Shown: positions 22,394 through 30,985, numbered from the stretch's first letter. The stretch is 64,000 nucleotides of DNA from an uncultured Chloroflexia bacterium (GCA_963757055.1 CAVWPX010000008.1:144298-208297), one strand, 5' to 3'. Notes: generated from the letters alone by a model not told the origin. Made by a program: numbers and translations.

Positions 22394-23656
22394 TCATCGC
22401 CAGGCGAACAAGGATTTCTTCTGGGTGGACTTCCGGCTGTCGTCGCCGGCCGGCGCGCTCGTCCGGTCACTCGAGATGACCGTCCGGGCGAGCCTGAGGA
22501 TGTCCTGGGAGACCTGGGCCTCCTTGTTGGACAGGAAGAACGGGACGCCACGGTTGAGCGCGTACACCACGCTCCGACCGTCGCTCACGATCGTCTCATC
22601 GACCTTGCGGCCGATCGAGTTTTCCACATCCGTCACGCGGATGCCCAGCGCCGAGTCGGCGCGGTTGAGGATCAGCCGGACCTTGCCGGCCTCGTAGCCG
22701 AGCTGCTCGGCGACCTCCAGGAAGAGGCGCATGTTCTTGATGCTCGTGATCTCGAGGCTGAGCATGGTCAGGATGATGTCGGCGACGTCGAGGATCGCCA
22801 GGGTGGTGTCGTTGAAGTAGGCCGTGCAATCGACGACGACCAGGTCGTTGTCGATGCGCAGCGCCTCGATGATCCGCTTGATGCCGGCCGGGGTGACCAG
22901 CTCGGCCATCTCGGGGCTCGGCGGGGCCAGCAGGGCCTTGACACCGGATGAGTGCGTGATGACGAAGGTGTCGAGCGAGTCGAGGTCGCCCGCCTCCAGC
23001 TCGGGGACGAGGTCGGCGATCGACTTGCTGCGCGGGTTCAGGTTGAGCAGCACGCCGACGTCGCCGAACTGGAACGAGCCGTCGACGATCACGACCTTCT
23101 TGCCGAGCTCCGTGGCGGCCGCGACGGCCAGGTTGACCGCGACGGTCGTGCGGCCGACGCCGCCCTTCGGGCTGAACACGGCGACGACCTGGCCGAGCTC
23201 GTCGGACCCCTCGGCGCCGGAGCCGCTCGCGGAGGGGCGCACCAGTGGCGTCGTCGCGGCGATGCGGCTGGCCTTGTCGCGCTCGCGGGCGTGGACCTGC
23301 CGGATCGAGGCGGTGAGCTCGTCGCTGCTGAAGGGCTTGACGAGGAACTCGCGGGCCCCGGCCAGCATCGAGCGGCGGAGGTAGTCGGCCTCGCCCTGGA
23401 CGGACATCATCACGACCGCGACCGACGGCACCGTGGCCGAGAGCTGCTCTGTCGCGGCGATGCCGTCCATGTCCGGCATGTTGATGTCCATCAGGACGAC
23501 GTCGGGGTGGAGCTTGGTCGCCATCTCGATGGCCTCACGGCCCGATGCGGCAGCTCCGACCACGTCGATGTCGCTCTCGAAGCTCAGCAGCTTCGTGAGG
23601 TGATCGCGGGTCTCCGGGATGTCGTCGACGACGAGGACGCGGATCTGGTCGGCCAT
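22394..23656 (-). CDS. cpaE: CpaE/TadZ-like ParA/MinD-type ATPase with an apparently functional N-terminal receiver domain.
   Basis: The REC domain reads IRVLVVDDIPETR...DVVLMDINMPDMDG...FLVKPF. The deviant Walker A is VVAVFSPKGGVGRTTVAVNLA. Confidence 0.85.
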   Translation of the reverse strand: MADQIRVLVVDDIPETRDHLTKLLSFESDIDVVGAAASGREAIEMATKLHPDVVLMDINMPDMDGIAATEQLSATVPSVAVVMMSVQGEADYLRRSMLAGAREFLVKPFSSDELTASIRQVHARERDKASRIAATTPLVRPSASGSGAEGSDELGQVVAVFSPKGGVGRTTVAVNLAVAAATELGKKVVIVDGSFQFGDVGVLLNLNPRSKSIADLVPELEAGDLDSLDTFVITHSSGVKALLAPPSPEMAELVTPAGIKRIIEALRIDNDLVVVDCTAYFNDTTLAILDVADIILTMLSLEITSIKNMRLFLEVAEQLGYEAGKVRLILNRADSALGIRVTDVENSIGRKVDETIVSDGRSVVYALNRGVPFFLSNKEAQVSQDILRLARTVISSDRTSAPAGDDSRKSTQKKSLFAWR

Positions 23657-23770
23657 CTCGCTCTGGTTCTTGAAGGGTCAGCCTGGATGGATACGTTCTG
23701 GTGCGTGGCTCGGACTACGACGAGCGCGGGACCGATCTCGGTCGTCGCGCCCGTCGCGCCTTGCCTGTCC

Positions 23771-23794
23771 GACCGCGGCCGGGTGGCCGCGGTC
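23771..23794 (-). other. 10-bp GC stem-loop just after the cpaB stop (no U-tract). Possibly an intra-operon RNA structure.
   Basis: gaccgcggcc pairs with ggccgcggtc across a gggt loop, within the 148-nt cpaB-cpaE spacer. Confidence 0.3.
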
Positions 23795-23804
23795 GACTAC
23801 GTGG

Positions 23805-24692
23805 TCACTTCGGGGTGACGGTCTCCACGACCTCCGGCGGCAGCACGTTGTACGTGTCGACGAGGGTCTTGAGGATGACGCCCGACGTCTCGGCCGGGAT
23901 CGGGGTGATGGGCTCGCCGGTGGTCGGGTCGGTGAAGTCGTCAGGGGAGCGCAGGGCGAGGGAGATCGAGCCGTCCAGCTGGGCGAACTTGATGACCTCG
24001 GCCTGCTGGACCGTCACCGCGAGGATGACGATCTGCTGCTGCCCGTTGAGGGTCGTGCCGGGCTGCGACGTCGAGCCGCCGCTGCCGTCGTCGGTGGTCC
24101 CACCGGTCGTGGCCGTCGGCGTCGGCAACAGCGTGCCGAGGACCTGCAGCCCCTGGAGGAGGACCTTGACGCTGGTGCTGTTGAGTCCGCTGACCACGGT
24201 GATCGCGGAATCCGCGGGGTTGACCGTGATGACGGGGAACTTGTCGCCGCTGATCCCGACGACCATGTCCACGTAGTCGCCCGTCTTGATGACGGTGCCG
24301 ACGCCCGTGACCTGGTCGACCTGGACGGCGATGGAGCGCATGCCCGCGGGCGTGACCACGTTGAGGACCGAGCCCTGCGTGCCGCCGCTGAGCGTGTCAG
24401 CGGTGACCTGCGCGCCCGTCGCGACGGGCTGGCGGGCGGTCTGGCCGATCACCTGGGAGACGTCCGTGAACGCTCCGGGCAGGATCGCGGTCAGGTCCTT
24501 GGTCTGGTTCTCCACGTCCGTGGACTTGATCTTGCCTGAGAGCGGGATGTCCGCGATCGCGACGACGACGGTTCCAGTCGTCGGTGGCTTGTGTCGAGTG
24601 TCCCCTCCTCGTGCAAGGAGCAGGATGCCGACGAATGCCACGATCGCGAGGAAGACCCCCACGAGCAGGACCAGCCGATTAGAGCGCTTCAA
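23805..24692 (-). CDS. cpaB: Flp pilus assembly protein CpaB/RcpC.
   Basis: TTG start preceded by GGGGAGAA. An N-terminal anchor (LVLLVGVFLAIVAFVGILLL) is followed by SAF-like and beta-rich domains, immediately downstream of the flp genes. Confidence 0.82.
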   Translation of the reverse strand: MKRSNRLVLLVGVFLAIVAFVGILLLARGGDTRHKPPTTGTVVVAIADIPLSGKIKSTDVENQTKDLTAILPGAFTDVSQVIGQTARQPVATGAQVTADTLSGGTQGSVLNVVTPAGMRSIAVQVDQVTGVGTVIKTGDYVDMVVGISGDKFPVITVNPADSAITVVSGLNSTSVKVLLQGLQVLGTLLPTPTATTGGTTDDGSGGSTSQPGTTLNGQQQIVILAVTVQQAEVIKFAQLDGSISLALRSPDDFTDPTTGEPITPIPAETSGVILKTLVDTYNVLPPEVVETVTPK

Positions 24693-24757
24693 AGTCGATT
24701 CTCCCCGAAGGCGGTGTGACAGGTGGCAACACTGTAGCAGTGGCTCAAGGCGGCGCG

Positions 24758-24766
24758 ACTATACCA
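24758..24766 (-). promoter_or_regulatory. Candidate extended -10 promoter (TGgTATAGT) for cpaB and the assembly genes.
   Basis: The reverse complement of 24758-24766 reads TGGTATAGT, about 66 nt upstream of the cpaB start in a locally AT-richer spacer. Confidence 0.3.
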
Positions 24767-24873
24767 AAGGGCTAGGACCATTAGGAGGAAACGGCAGGAT
24801 TCCACGCACGGCGCAAGGTCCGCTGCAAGGTTCGCGTCCGGCCCTCGTCAGGGGACCCGGGACCGGACAGCAA

Positions 24874-24905
24874 GAACCCGCCGGCCCGGTGGGCTCGGCG
24901 GGTTC
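24874..24905 (-). terminator. Stem-loop downstream of flp1.
   Basis: gaacccgccg pairs with cggcgggttc (10 bp) across a 12-nt loop, 25 nt after the flp1 stop. TTGCTGT follows on the minus strand. Confidence 0.45.
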
Positions 24906-24929
24906 GAGGCGGATCGGAGCCGGAAGCGG

Positions 24930-25124
24930 CTAGCCGGCGACCGACTGGAGCTGGGTGCCGATGATGCTGAGCTTGTTGCTGACCTGGCTGCCCATGAAGA
25001 TGAGTGCGACGACGGCGACGATGGCGATGAGTGCAAGGATGAGGGCGTATTCCGCGAGGCCCTGGCCGTCCTCGCCGCGCAGTGTCTGCTCGACGCGCCC
25101 GACCAGCCGCCAGAATCGGATCAT
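24930..25124 (-). CDS. flp: Flp/Fap-family type IVb pilin (copy 1).
   Basis: MIRFWRLVGRVEQTLRGEDGQGLAEYALILALIAIVAVVALIFMG... carries the prepilin motif G/QGLAEY. GGAAAGGAGG precedes the ATG. Confidence 0.9.
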   Translation of the reverse strand: MIRFWRLVGRVEQTLRGEDGQGLAEYALILALIAIVAVVALIFMGSQVSNKLSIIGTQLQSVAG

Positions 25125-25176
25125 GGTCTACCTCCTTTCCCCGAGATGAGCGCCGGTGGACCGCATGGACGCAGGG

Positions 25177-25216
25177 CCGGACGTCGTCACAGTAGCCCCG
25201 ACGTCCGGACGTTCAA
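25177..25216 (-). promoter_or_regulatory. flp1 promoter candidate (TTGAAC-16 nt-TACTGT) embedded in a 10-bp inverted repeat.
   Basis: On the minus strand the -35 is the reverse complement of 25211-25216 and the -10 is the reverse complement of 25189-25194. The inverted repeat ccggacgtcg (25177-25186) / cggacgtccgg... (cgacgtccgg, 25199-25208) brackets the -10. Confidence 0.4.
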
Positions 25217-25353
25217 TAGCCCGATAGTCGGCCTCCCCCTGTGCCCCGATGCACCGTGAGCGGACCGCCCGAGCGGGCTCGCGGAGGACGCCTGAACGGG
25301 CGCGGGCGCACGAGCGAGCCGCCGGCCCACCCTGCGGCCCCTGGACATGGAAG

Positions 25354-25383
25354 GACCGCCGGTGCCCGAAGGCCCCGGCGGTC
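25354..25383 (-). terminator. Stem-loop downstream of flp2.
   Basis: gaccgccgg pairs with ccggcggtc across a 12-nt loop, 26 nt after the flp2 stop. Confidence 0.5.
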
Positions 25384-25408
25384 CTCGATCTGACAGTTCG
25401 GAGCTCGA

Positions 25409-25579
25409 CTAGATCGAGGCGCCGACCTTGCTCAGGATGGTGCTGACCTGGCCGCCCAGGAAGATGAGGGCGACGATCGCGACGATCGCGATCAGGGCGA
25501 GGATCAGCGCGTACTCCGCGAGACCCTGGCCTTCGTCGTCACGACGGAAGAACGAGATGAGAGCGTCGATGTGGGACAT
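25409..25579 (-). CDS. flp: Flp/Fap-family pilin (copy 2).
   Basis: MSHIDALISFFRRDDEGQGLAEYALILALIAIVAIVALIFLGGQVSTILSKVGASI. GAAAGGAGGT lies about 11 nt upstream of ATG 25579. The longer track ORF (to 25648) has no RBS. Confidence 0.9.
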   Translation of the reverse strand: MSHIDALISFFRRDDEGQGLAEYALILALIAIVAIVALIFLGGQVSTILSKVGASI

Positions 25580-25635
25580 GTCGTCTTGGGACCTCCTTTC
25601 ATCGGGATTCACGGACCTCGGCCCGTGGGACGCGC

Positions 25636-25665
25636 ACAGTACGGGCAAGCCGACAGTGCTGTCAA
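25636..25665 (-). promoter_or_regulatory. flp2 promoter candidate (TTGACA-18 nt-TACTGT).
   Basis: The reverse complement of 25660-25665 is TTGACA and the reverse complement of 25636-25641 is TACTGT, about 55 nt upstream of the flp2 ATG. Confidence 0.5.
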
Positions 25666-25688
25666 ACGTTCGGCCGCCGCCTTGCGAC

Positions 25689-25729
25689 GGACATGAAAAG
25701 ACCGCCGGAGCCCGAAGGCCCCGGCGGTC
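25689..25729 (-). terminator. Rho-independent terminator downstream of flp3.
   Basis: gaccgccgg pairs with ccggcggtc (25700-25729), followed on the minus strand by TTTTCATGT. Confidence 0.6.
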
Positions 25730-25755
25730 GTGATCCGATCAGTTCGGAGCGTCGA

Positions 25756-25926
25756 CTAGATCGACGAACCGACCTTGCTCAGGATGGTGCTGACCTGGCC
25801 GCCCAGGAAGATGAGGGCGACGATCGCGACGATCGCGATCAGGGCGAGGATCAGCGCGTACTCCGCGAGACCCTGGCCCTCCTCGTCACGACGAAGCGAG
25901 GCGAGGAACGAATTGAAGAGCGCCAT
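25756..25926 (-). CDS. flp: Flp/Fap-family pilin (copy 3, near-identical to copy 2).
   Basis: MALFNSFLASLRRDEEGQGLAEYALILALIAIVAIVALIFLGGQVSTILSKVGSSI. CCAGGAGGCAG precedes ATG 25926. Confidence 0.9.
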   Translation of the reverse strand: MALFNSFLASLRRDEEGQGLAEYALILALIAIVAIVALIFLGGQVSTILSKVGSSI

Positions 25927-26056
25927 GTGGCTGCCTCCTGGATGAGTACTCACCCCCAGACGAGGGCTGCGCCAATATATGGACGGGCCCTGCGGTAACG
26001 CATTAGCACGATGGTCCGGGTCGGTGTAGGACTCCCGTCCTGCCCGTGAGCGTGGC

Positions 26057-26218
26057 TCAGCTGCCTCCCGCGGCATCGATCGCGGCGCCGATCGCGGCCA
26101 GCACGTCGGCCACGGTCCCGCCGAAGAGGCCCAGGATGACCACCGTGAAGACGGTCGTCAGCGCGAGGATCAGCCCGTATTCGACGAGGCCCTGACCGGT
26201 CCGCGCGCGGTCGCGCAC
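26057..26218 (-). CDS. flp: Divergent Flp-like pilin (copy 4).
   Basis: VRDRARTGQGLVEYGLILALTTVFTVVILGLFGGTVADVLAAIGAAIDAAGGS has the same G/QGLVEY motif. Its GTG lies 1 nt after the TGA of the upstream kinase-like gene, with GGAAGG upstream. Confidence 0.72.
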   Translation of the reverse strand: MRDRARTGQGLVEYGLILALTTVFTVVILGLFGGTVADVLAAIGAAIDAAGGS

Positions 26219-26219
26219 G

Positions 26220-27415
26220 TCAGCCTTCCGCGGCCGCCGGCAGCGGAACGACGAGCCGGAGCTCCGAGCCCTCGCCGGAGAGCTCGGGCGTGACCCCGAT
26301 GGTCGCGGCCCGACCCTGGATCTCGCGCCAGGCCGTCGGCGGGAGGCTGACGATGGACTCGCGACGGGCGGTCTCGACGGCGTCGCGGGCGGCGGCCCGG
26401 CGGTCCTCCACCATCGCGGCCAGGGCGGGTGGCAGGTCGGCGCTGCTGGGGACCGTCGGCCTCCTCCTCGACGGCGGCCGATCTCGCCTTCGGCGTGCGT
26501 GACGCACGCACGGTGGCCACGAGGACCTCGCTCCAGTCGAGCTGCAGCGAGACCTGGTCGGGGGCCCGTTCCAGGTAGGCGACGAGCGCCTCGTCGAGGA
26601 TGCGGAACAGGCCGCTCTCCATCTCCATCGGCAGCCGCCGGTCCTGTCCGAGGGTCTCGAAATCGACGGTCACGCCGGCCCGCTTGCCGCGCTCCCGGGT
26701 CGCGCGGCGGAGCGTCGGGACGAGCCCCAGGTCGTCGAGCACCATCGGCCGGACGTCGAAGATGAAGGTCTTGGTCGCCTCGAGCGTCTGCTGGACCATG
26801 GCCACCAGCTGCCGGATCTCGACCTGCGCCAGGGCCGGGTCCTTGCCGACGAGACGCTCCGCGATCTGGGCCTGGAGCACGATGTTGGTGAGGCTCTGGG
26901 CGGGGCCGTCGTGCATCGCCCGGGCCAGCTCGCGGCGCAGGTCCTCCTGGGCCGACAGCAGCATCCGCGGGACGCCCGCTTCGCCCTCGGCCGGGGTCGC
27001 GGACCCGGTGCCGCGCGGCACCGGAGATGACGCCGAAGCCCCCGGATCGAGGCCCGCGGCCATCTCGGCATACGCGGCCATGGTCTCGCGGTGACGGGCC
27101 ATGGCCCCGCGCTTGCCCTCGAGGACCTCGACCTGCGACTCCATCAGCGCGGCGCGCTTGGTGAGGGTGACCAGCTGGACGCTGAGCTCGGTGACCTCGT
27201 CGGTCTGGGCGTCCTTGGTCAGCGCCGTGAGCTTGTCCGAGGCGGCGCTGCGGCGGGACTCGTGACGGGAGGCCTCGGCCTTCGCCTGGGTGACGAGCAG
27301 GTCGACCTCGCTGAGCTCGCGATCGAGGCGCGCGACCTCCTCCGCCAGCCGGGAGGTCAGCTCCTCGAGGCTTGCCGGGGTCGGTGGGCGGCGTGGTGGC
27401 GGGTGCGTCGGTCAT
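26220..27415 (-). CDS. Cytoplasmic HisKA_3 histidine-kinase paralogue with a degenerate ATP-binding domain. The frame is interrupted near 27371-27382 and 26455-26462.
   Basis: It has a coiled-coil N-terminus (SLEELTSRLAEEVARLDRELSEVDLLV...), the H-box RRELARAMHDGPAQSLTNIVLQAQIAERL and the X-region DVRPMVLDDLGLVPTL. The N-box reads LDEALVAYLERA (no Asn, no KHA) and there is no DxGxG or GxGL box. There is no TM segment. Confidence 0.62.
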
Positions 27416-27455
27416 CGGCGGGATCGCGCGGGCGTCGCTGGGGTCGCGATGATGA

Positions 27456-28202
27456 TCAGTCCTCCGGCATCCGGATCCAGCCCTGGCGCATGGCGTAGAC
27501 CACGGCCTGGGTCCGGTCGTTCACGGACAGCTTGCGCAGGATCGAGCTCATGTGGTTCTTGACCGTCTGCTCGCTGATCGACAGCGCGTAGGCGACCTGC
27601 TTGTTGGTCATCCCCTGCGCGATGTTGTCGAGGATCTCGACCTCGCGCGGTGACAGCGGCGCGAAGATCGGGGCGGCGTCCTGGCCGTAGACGGCCAGCT
27701 CGCGGAACTCCTTGAGCACGCGCGAGGCGACGGCCGGCTTGGCGAAGACCTTGTCGTTGATGAGGTACTCGCCGGCGACGACGCGGCGGATGATCGTGAC
27801 GAGGTCATCCGGACCGACGTCCTTGAGGATGAACGCCGCCGCGCCGGCCTTGATCGCGTCGAAGAGCGCGTCCTCGTCCTCGCTGACGGCCAGCACGATG
27901 ATCGCCGTCGACGGCAGCTCGCGCTTGATCCGCTGCGTCGTCTCGATGCCGCCGGGCGCGGGCAGCGAGAGGTCCATCAGGACGACGTCGGGCGACGTCT
28001 CCAGCGCGCGGTCGACGGCACTGCGGGAGTCGTCGGCCTCGCCGATGACCTCGAGGTCGGGTTCGCGGCCCAGGATGTTGGCGATCCCCACCCGGAAGAG
28101 GGCGTGGTCGTCGACGATGAGGATCCGCGTCCGTTCTCCGAGGTTCCGGCGATCCGGACCCCCGCGCCGTCGTTCGGGCCCGCCGTAATCGTTACCGCTC
28201 AT
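27456..28202 (-). CDS. NarL/FixJ(LuxR)-family response regulator (DegU-like).
   Basis: The REC domain reads RILIVDDHALFR...DVVLMDLSLPAPGG...AFILKD. The C-terminal HTH reads LSPREVEILDNIAQGMTNKQVAYALSISEQTVKNHMSSILRKLSVNDRTQAV. Confidence 0.92.
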   Translation of the reverse strand: MSGNDYGGPERRRGGPDRRNLGERTRILIVDDHALFRVGIANILGREPDLEVIGEADDSRSAVDRALETSPDVVLMDLSLPAPGGIETTQRIKRELPSTAIIVLAVSEDEDALFDAIKAGAAAFILKDVGPDDLVTIIRRVVAGEYLINDKVFAKPAVASRVLKEFRELAVYGQDAAPIFAPLSPREVEILDNIAQGMTNKQVAYALSISEQTVKNHMSSILRKLSVNDRTQAVVYAMRQGWIRMPED

Positions 28203-29353
28203 GTGCTCTCCTCTGCTCCCGTCGCGCCGTCAGTGGGGATCGTGAGCCGGACGACGGTGCCGTCGTCCGGTCGCGACCGGATGTCCAGACGAGCGCCGAT
28301 CAGCTCGGCTCGCTCGCGCATGAATTGAAGGCCGAAGTGGCGGCGGCCCTGGGCGGCCACCGTCTCGCTGTCGAAGCCGCGACCGTCGTCGCGGACCTCG
28401 AGGGCGAACCCGTCGACGTCCACCGAGGTGGTGATCCGCACGTTCGTCGCCGAGGCGTGCTTGCGGACATTCTGGAGGGCTTCCTGGACCACGCGCAGCA
28501 CGACCGTCCGCGCGGCCTCGTCGAGGTCGTCGGTGGGGCCATCGAGCGAGGTCGTGATGACCACGCTGCTCACGGCCCGCGCGTGCTCCACGGCGTCGTC
28601 GATGGCCGCGTCCAGGCCCACCTCGTCGAGGCGGGGCGGGCGCAGCTGGCTGATGAACGTGCGCATGTCGCCGAGCTCGCGGCGGAGGAGCACGCGGAGC
28701 TGCCGCAGCTCGGTGCCGGCGAGTCGTGGATCCGTGGCCATCACCCGTTCGATGAACTCGACCTGGAAGATCGCGTTCGAGAGGCTCTGGGCCGGCCCGT
28801 CGTGGATCTCCTGGGCCAGCCTCGAGCGCTCGGCCTCCTCGGATTCGACGATCCGCATCGCGACGTCCGCGTTCGTCGCGGGGGCGTCCGCTTCGGCGAA
28901 CATCGGCTCGCCGCCGCGATCGAGGAAGCGCCGCGACCGCTCGAAGGTGCGCAGCGTGAGGTCGATGCGGCCGAGCTCGGCCTGGTGGTCGGCGAGCTCC
29001 CAGACGAGCCGGTCGACCTCCTGGCGCAGGACCCTCGTCCGCCGCTCGTCGATGCCGATCGGCGCGGGCGTGATCGCGATCACGCTGTCATCGGTCGCGG
29101 CGCCGTCGGTCGGGGACGGCTCGGTGCTGCGCCCGCCCTCGAGCCGATCCAGGTCGTCGCGAAGGGTCTGCCAGCGCGCGAGCTTCTCGTCGTACGCCTC
29201 CTGGTAGCGCTCCCGGATGCGCTGCAGCGAGCTCGCGCCCTCGCCGACCGCGGCGGTCGCCTCCTCGTGGAGACCGTCGAAGCGGTCACCGCCGGCATGC
29301 GCCTCGGAGCGTGCTGCCTCCATGGACTTCGGAGTATACGGGTCGTCTCTCAT
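28199..29353 (-). CDS. Cytoplasmic HisKA_3 sensor histidine kinase (DegS-like, no TM segments).
   Basis: It has the H-box ERSRLAQEIHDGPAQSLSNAIFQ, the N-box VVQEALQNVRKHA, DDGRGF and RRHFGLQFMRERAELIGARL. ATG 29353 overlaps the upstream stop (ATGA), and its own stop overlaps the regulator's start. Confidence 0.88.
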   Translation of the reverse strand: MRDDPYTPKSMEAARSEAHAGGDRFDGLHEEATAAVGEGASSLQRIRERYQEAYDEKLARWQTLRDDLDRLEGGRSTEPSPTDGAATDDSVIAITPAPIGIDERRTRVLRQEVDRLVWELADHQAELGRIDLTLRTFERSRRFLDRGGEPMFAEADAPATNADVAMRIVESEEAERSRLAQEIHDGPAQSLSNAIFQVEFIERVMATDPRLAGTELRQLRVLLRRELGDMRTFISQLRPPRLDEVGLDAAIDDAVEHARAVSSVVITTSLDGPTDDLDEAARTVVLRVVQEALQNVRKHASATNVRITTSVDVDGFALEVRDDGRGFDSETVAAQGRRHFGLQFMRERAELIGARLDIRSRPDDGTVVRLTIPTDGATGAEEST

Positions 29354-30985
29354 GGACAGACGACCTCGAACGCTCGAACGTCCTCGAGCGGATCGGGTCC
29401 GCCGCCGGCGGGGGCGCCGAGGTCGATCTCGCGGAAGCAGTCGGCGCCCTCGGTCGCGGTGTCGAGCACCGCCGGCCACTGGCCGTGGCTCCCGCCCGCG
29501 ACCACGAGGAGATGCGTGCCCGGGAACGCCGGGTCGTGGGCCAGGTCGAGGACGTCCACCGGCGGCTCGTCGGGCAGGGCGAGCGCCGGGATCCGCTGGC
29601 TCTCGGCGAGCCAGATCGGGAAGTCCGTGATGACCGGGCCGGCGGTCGCGTCGAGCGGGTGGCCGGCGATGGCCATCCGTCGCCCGAGCTCCTCGTAGAG
29701 CGCGGCCGTCGCGCGCGATCCCTCGCCGAAGGACGGGAGCAGCGCGATGGAGAACAGCGCCGACCCGAAGATCCCGAGGAGCGCCCCGAGCCAGGCCACC
29801 GGCCGGGTCCAGCCCAGCCGTGCGCCGAGCCTCGCGATGCCGGCGTCGAGGGCCAGCAGCGCCGAGACGATCAGCAGGACGTGGGCCGGTCCGGCCGCGT
29901 GGAGGAACGTGCCCCAGGTCGTCGCGACCGGGAAGACCAGGCTCGTGAACAGGAACGTGATGACCGACAGGAGGAGGACCGGCCGCAGGGCGGCGTCGCG
30001 GCCCTGCCACGGCAGCGCCAGGAGCCCGATGATCGAGAGCGGCAGGCCCGGCAGCAGCAGGACGGAGAACAGGTTGTGGGCGAGGCCGTCGACCCGCATC
30101 TCGACCAGCCGGGCCGGCCCGACCGCGAGATACCTGCGCGAGGGTCGGCGGGTCGTTCCAGGCGAAGATGTCGAAGCCGGTCACCGACAGGGCGTTGGTG
30201 GCCGCCTGGCCCGGCAGCGGGCTTCCGAAGACCATCCAGTCCCGCAGCGCCCACGGCGCGAAGACCACGACGGCGACGACGCCGGCGACCCCGATGAGCC
30301 GGAACCGGGCGGCGCGGTCGAGGCCGCCGGCCCGCCACGCCACGATGGCCCAGGCCAGGCCGATCCAGAGCGCCTCGTTGCGGGTGAGCGCGGCCAGGCC
30401 GATGAGGACGCCCAGGCCGAGGAGCCGCGGGTCGGCCGGCCGCGCGCCGCGCGGGTCGCGGGCGATCCGCGTCATCAGCAGGCAGGCGCCGAGCGCGAGC
30501 GCCGCGAACGGCATCGTCGAGTCGGGCAGCGCCGAGTGCAGGATGAGCGGCAGGTAGACGGCCGCGGTGAGGCCGCTGCCGAGGGCGAGCGTGCTGGCCC
30601 GGCCGTGCGGCAGGCCGCGCTCCTCGGCGACGTCCGCGGCCAGCCGCCAGGCGAGGACCGGGACCAGCGAGCCGACGAGCACCGACGACCACTGCGCCGC
30701 GGCGAAGCTCACGCCGCCGACCGCCATGGCGGCGGCCGCGAGGAACGTCGGCAGCGGGAGCCACACCTCGAAGGCGGGCCGCGGGAACCCGAGCGGCGGC
30801 GTCCCGTAGCTCCACAGCGCGTCGGAGACGAGGCCGTGGCCCTCGACGAGGTTGCGGGCCACGCCGACGTAGTAGGCGGTGTCCTCGGGCTTGGGGAAGA
30901 CGATCTGGCTCGCGAAGACGACGCGCACGACCAGCGCGACCGCGAAGACCAGGAGCGCGGAGAGGACCGCTTCGCGACGGGTCAC
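29350..30985 (-). CDS. Polytopic GT-C-type membrane glycosyltransferase (PMT_2/ArnT-like). The frame is interrupted near 30130-30136.
   Basis: VTRREAVLSALLVFAVALVVRVVFASQIVFPKPEDTAYYVGVARNLVEGHGLVSDALW...LTRNEALW... continues after the shift as YLAVGPARLVEMRVDGLAHNLF... (ORF 29350..30099). The GTG overlaps the upstream stop (GTGA). Confidence 0.68.

Noticed and set aside
20211-22697. An 828-aa plus-strand ORF. The 844-aa ORF 59739..62273, the 623-aa ORF 45573..47444 and the 686-aa ORF 34923..36983 beyond 35558 are similar cases.
   Set aside because: All are antisense to well-supported genes (cpaF/tadB, the MFS fusion, the 45789 membrane protein and the 34745 gene). They have low-complexity, charge-rich translations and are GC-driven artefacts.
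26057-27415. A 452-aa ORF that appears to fuse a long Arg/Gly-rich protein to the flp4-like C-terminus.
   Set aside because: Only the last 54 codons (from GTG 26218) resemble a pilin. Upstream, this frame is out of phase with the kinase-like gene, whose conserved H-box lies in ORF 26170..27144.
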